A stretch of DNA of 64,000 nucleotides from the human T2T-CHM13v2.0 reference genome, Homo sapiens, in the NCBI RefSeq assembly GCF_009914755.1, contig NC_060941.1; one strand, written 5' to 3'. The notes under the pieces were generated by a model. That model was not told where the DNA came from. It worked only from the letters and a program-made list of their open reading frames with translations, and made no database searches. Position 1 is the stretch's first letter. Every line of letters begins with the position of its first letter. Shown piece by piece: positions 48,850 through 64,000 of the stretch. Both the position numbers and the translations under genes were made by a program.

Positions 48850-49375
48850 GGTCTCACATCTGTGGATGCACACCCCAGGCTTGAGCTCTGTGGCAGGTCC
48901 CCGTCAGCCTTAGGATGAACCCCAGTCCTACCATGGCATTCACATCCTTTGAGCCTGCTTCTCTGACCCCATCTCCTGGATGCTCCCCTGCCACTGTGCT
49001 CCTTTCTGACTGGCCCCTCAGCTCCTGGGACTCCTCTGGCTGGGGTTCTTCTCTTCCCTCTGCCTGCAGTGCCCGTCCTAGACTTCTCATGGCGTCTTCT
49101 CGCTGCCAGGTCCCACCTTAGAGGGGCCTGGCTGTCTCATTCACATTCTCATCTGCAAATCTTTGGTGCTATGACGTGGCTCTGCCCAGTGTCTGTCCTG
49201 GCACCTCTCACTCCTAAAATGACTGCATGATTGCTTCCTTGTTTATTATTTGTCCTGCACAGTAGAACATAAACTCCCAAGGACACCTTGCTCATCTGCC
49301 TGTTCAGTTCTGTATCTCTAGCCCTTAAAACAATACCTGGCATAAAACTGAAGGCAGCAAGTATTTGTTAACATA
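48850..49375 (+). mobile_element. L2 3' fragment
   Basis: gttcagttctgtatctctagcccttaaaacaatacctggcata...gtatttgtt. Confidence 0.7.
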
Positions 49376-49613
49376 CAAGCAGCAAACAGTTTTGGAGGTG
49401 TTGTGTCGTTCATTGATTGAATGATTGCCATGAATAGCTCAGTGGTAAACTTGAGTCTAATCTTTGTCCATAATTATCTAAAATTTTATCTAAAATTTTA
49501 GGGAAATTAACTGAAATTTCACTCTATGGATACAGTAGTTAGGGAAGAATTTTAATGCTCATAGGAACAGAATTGAAAAAAATCTAAACTCTGATTTCAT
49601 TTTATACCCATAG

Positions 49614-49708
49614 GTCTCTGGTCTGGATTGATAGTTTGTGTCTTCTTTCAAGCCCTTTTCTATCTGGTGTACATCTTGAGGATAAACTGGAGCAAAGTTG
49701 TGGAGCAG
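49614..49708 (+). pseudogene. MATE pseudogene exon 15
   Basis: ccatag|LWSGLIVCVFFQALFYLVYILRINWSKVVEQ|gtaaca, 95 nt. Confidence 0.93.
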
Positions 49709-50288
49709 GTAACAGTCAGTGTATTATTTTAGAAACATGGCTCTACTTAATCCCATGGCATGGTAAGGAACCTCTTAGGGTCAAAATGGTAAAAATGCTA
49801 TTGGCAGAATGATTCACTGTGAATCATGAAATACATCTAACATTGTGGGGAGGGGAGGCAAAAGAAAACATATTTCAGCACATTTTCCTCTTTATATAGA
49901 GCTGATTTAATATCTACTAACCAGGGACTCAACCTAAAAAAGAAAAGGAATTAGGGCCAGGCATGGTGGTTCACACCTATTATCACAGCACTTTGGGAGG
50001 CCGAGGCAGGAGGATCACTTGAGCCCAAGTGAGTGTGAGACCAGCCTGGGCAACAGAGGAAGACCCTGTCTCTTAATTTAAAGATATATATATTTTGCTG
50101 TTTGGGTGTACTAGTTGTAGGAAAATAGTAGTTTGTTTCCTGTTTATACTGACTTGTTAGCTGTTCTTTATGCCTCTTTCTATTTTGTCCATAGTTTCAT
50201 AAAAGCACTATGTTAAGTATCTGTGATCTGTGGGAAGTACTTTGGGGGCAGAACAACAACATGTGGATAGAGTCTGCATCTTCACTGA

Positions 50289-50564
<276 letters not shown>

Positions 50565-51421
50565 TGACCTCATGATCCACCCACCTTAGCCTCCCAAAGT
50601 GCTGGGATTACAGGCGTGAGCCACCATGCCTGGCCAAGCAGTTTTTATTGTTTGAGGCTTGAGATGAGATGGGTGGTTGGGTACAGTGGCTCACACCTGT
50701 AATCCCAGCACTTTAGGAGGCTGAGGCAGGAGGATGACTTGAGGCCAGGAGTTCAAGACTAGCCTGGGCAACATAGCAAGAAGCCATCTCTACTAAAAAT
50801 AATAATAATACTTTTTTAAAAAAAGAGATGGGTGGTTGGCTTAGGGATTATTAATAAGGAAACAAGATGAGTTTAGGCATGTCAACCATCACTGTCTAAG
50901 CTTTGACCACCTTTATGCTTTAGATTTGCCTAACTATGATGCATTGTATCTTTCCTATCTTCTGTTTGATTTATTCAGGGACTAAACTTTATAGGAGATT
51001 AAGATGGGCCATAAACTACCCATTAGATCACAATACCATTGACCTTCAGACCTTCTTCCTTCTATCTGTGTTTCGGAGCACTGAAGGGCACAAGTGCAAA
51101 TGATATGTTAAACTTGCCGCTCCAGCAACAGCAGCTTTTTATATTATTGTTGTGAACTGAGTCTGTGTTTTTCTGGTGTTGTTCTCTTGCTTTATGGCAC
51201 ATCCAGGACCAAGACAGACTGTGCTAGATACTGTAACCCATTAGCAGTAGGTTTCATAGTAGCTTTATTTATTTTTCGAGACAGAGTCTCACTCTGTCAC
51301 TCAGACTGCAGTGGAATGGTGCAATCTTGGCTCACTGCGACCCCCACTTCCTGGATTCAAATTATTCTCCTGCCATAGACTCCTGAGTAGCTGGGATTAG
51401 CCCACCACCACGCCTGGCTAA

Positions 51422-51598
<177 letters not shown>

Positions 51599-51643
51599 TG
51601 ATTAAACTTACTCTGCATTTACTCATGTGACACTTGTTTCTAG

Positions 51644-51698
51644 GCACAGGTTCAAGCTGGACTAAAAGGGAATAAAGAGACCATGCCTACCTCCTCAG
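51644..51698 (+). pseudogene. MATE pseudogene exon 16
   Basis: ttctag|AQVQAGLKGNKETMPTSS|gtaaca, 55 nt. Confidence 0.88.
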
Positions 51699-52007
51699 GT
51701 AACAGAGGCCATTCTCTAGTATATTCAATGTCTGAGGTACGAAAACTGAAACAGTGTAGCCAGAGTTGCTCAGTTTGCAAGATCCTGCTCTCTTGCTCAA
51801 TAAAACTTGTCTCAGCCCTAGTAATTGGTGAGATCACCTGTGGGTTCTCCTATGAAATATTTTTAAATGTAATTTCACATATACTAACTGATAACTGAGG
51901 GTTATTGTTTATAACGTATTCTTAGGTAAACTTCATAATATGCCTTTACTTGACATAATATGCCTTTACTGGACATAAGTGAATACCCCACTATTCTCTG
52001 CAAACAG

Positions 52008-52247
52008 ATCTACCTATCTTGGGAAGAGAAGTAACTGATGGAATCATTTTGCCTGATATCATCAGACCAGAGAGCCAGACCCCTCGACTGATGAGACCAG
52101 AAGAAAACACCCAGTATGCAATGTCCACCGCTGGAGAGGTCCTGACAGTGAGGCAGCTGATATTCTATCATGGAATGGCTTTAGCTCTTGCTGTCACTTT
52201 CCTTTCAGCAGGAATTTTCATTAAGAGTTTTCAATGACCATGGCTAA
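52008..52247 (+). pseudogene. MATE pseudogene terminal coding exon 17 (TM13)
   Basis: aaacag|LPILGREVTDGIILPDIIRPESQ...LTVRQLIFYHGMALALAVTFLSAGIFI. Current stop is TGA at 52235-52237. Removing one A gives ...RVFNDHG* with TAA at 52245-52247. Confidence 0.9.
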
Positions 52248-52822
52248 AATGGTAGAATTACCACCATTCTACAAACTAGAAATGATAATTATATGCCATA
52301 TGTTAAGTATGAAAGGTGACCTTGTTATTTGGACAGTTTTTACTCTTAACTGTGGATGGAAAGAATATCAGGGATGTTTCCTTGGTTATTCCAAGGAATT
52401 GCACTATCCTATTGGAGATCAAGAAAGGGGCTATAATTTTAAGTAAAGTTTTCCCTGTTAATTTTATCATGGTTTCTAAATATACAAATTAGATTTTCCT
52501 TGATGTAAAGGTTACTTACTCTTTCTTATTTCAAACATCTTTCTTCTCCTGGGGAGTGGTTCATAGTCCTGTAAAATATTATTGCTGATCTATTTTCTTT
52601 GTATTTCTCTATGAATGTACTTAATCTTGTCAGTGAGTGTATATTAAGTGCTTGTTCAAGTCCTATCTCAGGTATTGCCATATAAGCTTTTATAAAATGG
52701 AACCTCTTAAAATTTACAATGTATGCTGACAATATTTGGAGCTATACAGTCAATACAAAAGATTAACTTTTAGCATTTTTGCCTTTTAATTAATTTTGTG
52801 GCAACTTTCATTTAAAGTAGAA

Positions 52823-52840
52823 AATAAAGTAGAAAATAAA
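52823..52840 (+). promoter_or_regulatory. Candidate polyadenylation signals of the MATE pseudogene
   Basis: Two AATAAA hexamers (52823-52828, 52835-52840) about 580 nt after the stop, followed by GT/T-rich sequence. Confidence 0.45.
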
Positions 52841-53695
52841 GAGCTGTGTTCTCTTCTGCTACTCAGCTCCCAGAATGCTGGCAGCTATGGTGGCCTCATC
52901 CTCAAAGCAAAAGAGTTTTAGTCTTTTATAGGAAATTAGACCAGCCCAAAAAGAAAATCCTTAAAAAAATCTGAATATTGGGTATTCTCTCACACAAAGC
53001 CCACCAGATTCCCAGGAGAGGAGCCCACAGTGGAAAGCACCCAATGTCACCAGTGCTTCCCTTAGCTTATTTGTCTCCCTCTCTTGAGTGTTAACAAGCA
53101 ACCCAGTATTATCAGATTATTTGTGAAAATCCAATTATAGGAGAAAGCAACCAGAAAAAAAATAGGCATTATAGGGAGAAAACTTACATCTTCAAAGAGG
53201 TAACGCAAAATATTTCAACTATGATATAGAATAGGATGCTATAGAATAAAACATTCAGTCAGGTATGGTGGTACACACTTCTAATCCCGGCACTTTGGGA
53301 GGCTGAGGCAGGTGGATGGCTTGAGCCTAGGAGTTCAAGACCAACCTTGGTAACATGGCAAAACCCCATCTCTACAACAAAACCACATGTCTGTAGTCCC
53401 AGCTACTCAGGAGTTTGAGGTGGGAAGATCACTTGAGCCCAGGAGTTCGAGGCTACAGTGAGCTCTGATCACACCACTGCACTCCAAAAAAAAGTTTTTT
53501 TTCCAGAAGATTATGTATGTACGTATGTATGTATGTATGTATGTATTTAGAGACAGGATCTGGCTCTGTCTCCCTGGCTCAAGCAGTGGCATGATCACAG
53601 CTACTGTAGCTTTGATCTCCTGGGCTGAAGCGATCCTCCCACCTCAACCTCCCATGTAGCTGGGACTACAGGCGTGCGCCACCACTTCTGGCTAA

Positions 53696-53833
<138 letters not shown>

Positions 53834-54046
53834 TAGATTTTATTGAAGTAAAATTCATATAACATAAAATTAACCCTTCCAAAACATTTTTATCATACCA
53901 AAAAGGAAACTCAGATTATTAACCTCTCACTCCCCATACCCCTCTCCCTGAGTTCCTGGCAACCACTAATCTGCTGTCTGTGCCTGTGGATTTACCTATT
54001 TTGGATGTTTCATAATGAAGGAATCATAGAACATGTGACCTTTTGA

Positions 54047-54215
<169 letters not shown>

Positions 54216-54629
54216 TAGCTGGGACTACAGGTGCGTGCCACCATGCCCGGCTCATTTTTGTATTTTTAGTAGAGACGGGGTTTCACCATGTTGGTTAGGC
54301 TGGTCTTGAACTCCTGGCCTCGTGATCCACCCACCTCGGCCTCCCAAAGTGCTGGGATTACAGGCATGAGCCACCATGCCTGGCCCGCGATTCCTCTATG
54401 TTGTAGCATGTCTCTCAAAACTTGATTCCTTTTTCTGGCTGAATAGTTTATTGTGTGATATGCCACCTGGTGTTTATTAATCAGTTGATGGACTTTTAGA
54501 TTGTTTCTATGTTTTGGCAATTGTGAATAATGCTGTAGTAAATACTCGTGTACAAGTTTTTGTTTGAACACCTGTTTTCGCTTCTTTTGAGTCTATACCT
54601 AGGAGTGGAATTACTGGGTTATATGATAA

Positions 54630-54827
<198 letters not shown>

Positions 54828-55682
54828 TAGTAGAGACAGGGTTTCACCATGTTAGCCAGGATGGTCTCAATCTCCTGACCTCATGATCCGCCTGCCTCGG
54901 CCTCCCAAAGTGCTGGGATTACAGGCGGATAATTCTATTTTTTTTGAGGAACTGCCAAAATGTTTCCCATGGTGGCTGCACCATTCTTCATTGCCACCAG
55001 CAGTGTATGAGGTTTCCAGTTTCTCCACATCCTTGCTAACACTTGTGATTTTCTTTTTGATTTTAGTTATATCATACTAGTGGGTGGGAAGTGGTGTCTC
55101 ATTGTGATTACTAGAGATCACATACTACTAATAATGCCAAGCCTATTTTCTGAAATACTTCAGAAACTCAGATACACATAAAGAAAGGAATTATGTACTA
55201 GAAAAGGAATAAATGAAGGTAAAATATTTTATCCTTCTTATTTTTAATTGATAAAAAATATATGAAAATAATAGCAACAATGTATTTGGTTATTACAGCT
55301 TGTGCATAGCTAAAATGAATGACAACAGTGTTATAAGGGTCAAGAGGGAGGAACTGAGAATATTCTAAGGCACTTGCATTACCCATGAAGAAGAATAGTG
55401 TTATTCAAAAGTGGAATTAGGTTAGTTGTAAATGCATATTGCAAACTCCAGGACAACTAATGAAAAAGTTTTTAAAAAGTAATATAATCAATATGCTAAG
55501 AGAAGAAAGAAAATAGCATCTCATAAAATGCTCAGTTAAAACCACAATGGAAGAAAAAAAGTAACAAGGACAACAAAGAGAAAAGGTGGGCAGGGCGTGG
55601 TGGCTCACACCTGTAATCCCAGCACTTTGGGAGGCCGAGGTGGGCAGATCACGAGGTCAGGAGATAGAGACCATCCTGGCTA

Positions 55683-60670
<4,988 letters not shown>

Positions 60671-61551
60671 TGTATTTTTTGTATCTTTTATGTATATTTT
60701 ACCATTTTAATCATTTTAAGTGAACAATTCAGTGGCATTAAGTACATTCACAATGTTGTGCAATCATCGCCACTATTTACCTCCAGAACTTTTTCATCAT
60801 TCCAAATTGAAACTCTGTCCCCATCAAGCAGTAGCTCTGTTACCATAACCGCTTCCCTTGCCCCCTGCCCCAGCCCTTAGTAACCACTGTTCTACTTTCT
60901 GTTTCTATGAATTTGACTATTCTATCATGTAAATGGAATCATTTGTCTCCTTTTCATTTTATGTAATTTTGTCAAACTTCTCTTTTTGTATCTCTTACCT
61001 TTTGTTCTCATGCAACTTTCATCTCTATTAAGGTGTGCTTTTCTCTTCTCTTTCTTTCCTGAGTTTCAATTCGAGTTTGCCCTCTCCTGTTTTCTTATAA
61101 TCTATTCTTTAATCCCTCACAGCCTTCCTTTGGGCTAACTTCTCCGCCCCCGCCCCCAAAGATCATGTGTCAGTGTCTTAAGAGATTGTGAGAATTACAC
61201 ATCAGAATGCTTCATCTTTTGTAAAGATCTTTATCTCCTTTTCCTTAGAGTTATATGCATGTGTGCGTGTGTGTAGTGTCTATGGTCCTGTGTTTGTTCT
61301 TTTCTATTATTGATCTGTGGACACAAACATTTATATTGGCATTTGCTGAAGAAGAGTGTTTTGAAAGTTAGGAAAGGTGTCCAAGGCAGTCTGAGGCTTC
61401 AATTCACGTCTGTTGTCTTAAACACCTTTCATAAAATCTGCTATTCCCAGCTATGGAAATATGTGCAAATAGTCAATACACATGAAAAGGAACCCACCAT
61501 GATTAGTCACTAGGGAAATGGAAGTTAACATCACAAGGAGATATCACTACA

Positions 61552-61852
61552 AGCTGGGTGCAGTGGCCCACACCTGTAACCCCAGCACTTTGGGAGGCCA
61601 AGGCAGGTGGATGTCTTGAGCTCAAGAGTTCAAGACCAGCCTGGGCAACATGGCAAAACCCTGTCTCTACTAAAAATATAAAAATTAGCCAGGCACGGGG
61701 GCACACACCTGTAACGCAAGCAACTAGAGAGGCTAAAGTGAGAGGATGACTTGAGCCCAGGAAGCAGAGGTTGCTGTGAGCTGAGATCATACCGCTGCAT
61801 TCCTTTTTTTTTTTTTTTGAGACAGAGTCTCAAAAAAGAAAAAAAAAAAAAA
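61552..61852 (+). mobile_element. AluJ-like element with a palindromic, rearranged 3' end
   Basis: ...ctgcattcc-T15-gagacagagtctc-A-rich tail. Confidence 0.85.
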
Positions 61853-62790
61853 GAGAGAGAGAGAGAGATCACTACGCATCCACCAGAATGGGTAATTATT
61901 TTTTTAAATCAAGTTTTAGAAAGCAGCTGCTAGACTGTGTGGTAGGGAATATAAATTGGTATAAAAACACTGAAAAATTATTTGGCTTCTAAAGTTAAAA
62001 CATGTATTTACTTTCACCCAGAAATTCTATAGTGGTGATTGGGTAGGGGCCTAAAAGGAATGCTGGTAATGTTCTGGGTCATAGATACAGGTAGGTAAAC
62101 TCTGTAATAATTTACTGTAGGCACTGTTTTGTATTTATGTAGTATCCAATGAAAATGTAATGAAATTTGGGCCAGAAGGCAGAAAGAACTCCTGGGTACA
62201 CACTCACTACCTTAGTCCCCCTGAGGTTTAAATAATTAAAAGTGTCTGTTTCATCCTTGCCTTTAAGAAAACTCTCCCTGCTGATAACTGAGCAGATCAA
62301 AGATCTAAAGGTTGTGGTGGAGAAGGGTCATGGAGTTGATTACCCCCAATAAAAACAAAAAGAAAAACTTGGTTTTTTTTAAGCTGAAAAAGGAGGATGG
62401 AAAAGTATAGTGGGCAGGCATAGTAAAATCACTACAGTCTACTGCATTCCTGAAAGGAGAAGCTTGTGAGGACTCACCCCTTACCCCTATAACCTGCTGT
62501 GGTGATTTCATTACCCATAGCTACTTAAATCAATGAGTATATCATATTCAAAAGCTGAAGGGAGAATGTTTCAGCTTGGGAGTGTAGTAAAAGAATTCCC
62601 AGTCCTCTCTTTGGTTCCATAAATATATCACCTTGTTCTATTAAAGCACTTGGATGTGATTTTTAAATATGCCCAACAAAATGCCATCAGTTGATTTCTC
62701 TAACTAATAAAGAAAATGTTCAAGAGTTGGTAGTAAATTCTTGGTGATTATGCCATTAGAATCAGAGTACATCGTTTGTAAGAAATCCTC

Positions 62791-63100
<310 letters not shown>

Positions 63101-63724
63101 TTATGCTCAGCAAAAGCAGCAGCTCTTCGCTACTTAGCAATTAATTTGCCCTAGGTGAAACCGATTCCTGTTCTAATTCCACACTGGAATTCTGTTCATT
63201 ATTTACATTTTTTTTAAATGGAAGCATGATTCATATCTCAATTTACCTAGTTCCTTACACAATATTTATTAGCCAGCATTTAGAACTGGTTACCCTTTCA
63301 GATCAGATAAAGATTATTGGGTACACTCTCTGGCGGCCTTTGAGCTGATTTAAATATTGTTGCCACACGGTTCTAGATACTGATATTAGTTGATTGGCTT
63401 CCTATGCACAAGCACTCCTCAGTTACTTACATAATTGAATTAAACACTTTGTATATGTTGGAGCTACTGCTTTTGTTATATAAGCCTGCTTGCCTTTTCA
63501 CCTACTGTCTCCCAACTTTAACTATGGTATTTCCACATGGGCTGGATTTTTTTGTTTTTGTCCAAAGCAGGCAAGCGAGAAGTAGAAGTGAAGAAGAGTT
63601 TGATGGTCTTGCCAATTTCCTTGCTTCATCATGAATCTCCTTAAGCTTCAAATTACAGGCTGTTGAGAAAGCCACAAAAGTAGACAGTGCCAAGACACTA
63701 AGACTAGAGTATGTGAGAGTGTAC

Positions 63725-64000
63725 CATTCATTCATTCATTCATTCAATAAATACTTACTGAGCACCTACTGTGGGCCAGATTCTATTCAAGGTACTAACA
63801 TTACAGTGAACATGAACAACAAAGACCCTGATTTTACAAGATATTCCAGTGAGGAAGACACATTAAAAACAACAAACAAATAGATACATTTATATTAAGA
63901 AAAATAAAACAGGGTCAGGGACAGAAAGTAGCAGAGACTGATATTTTAGACATGGTGGTCAGGGAAGTCTTCTTTAGGGAGGTAATATTGAAGCAGCAAT
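63725..64000 (-). mobile_element. L2 3' end
   Basis: (ATTC)n tail followed by aataaatacttactgagcacctactg. Confidence 0.85.

Noticed and set aside
63502-63735. 77-aa minus-strand ORF with a hydrophobic N-terminus and CNLKLKEI, superficially cytokine-like
   Set aside because: Its start lies in the (AATG)n tail of an L2, there is no exon structure, and I recognise no homologue.

Overview
Primate (very likely human) nuclear genomic DNA, rich in Alu and L1. The backbone is a spliced + strand pseudogene of a MATE/SLC47 multidrug transporter. Thirteen exons with canonical AG/GT boundaries lie between 4770 and about 52250, and exons 3-15 have SLC47A1-type sizes (exon 4 is 1 nt short). The translated exons match my recollection of rodent Mate2 (class III MATE) better than human MATE1 or MATE2, so this looks like the dead primate orthologue of a third MATE gene. 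It is disabled by a 1-nt deletion in exon 4, apparent loss of exons 8 and 12, and a 1-nt insertion in the last exon. Its ~20 kb intron 10 holds an old ~8.5 kb NUMT (control region to partial COX1) carrying five Alu insertions and MOTS-c-, humanin- and SHLP6-like sORFs. An inverted control-region fragment sits at the NUMT's right end. Other structures are an inverted duplication of the exon 4 region with signs of gene conversion, two Alus sharing one TSD, a full-length antisense SVA with a 3' transduction, a very young AluYc1-like copy and a template-switch palindrome in an Alu tail. No intact protein-coding gene was found. Comparisons with reference sequences are from memory, not from searches.
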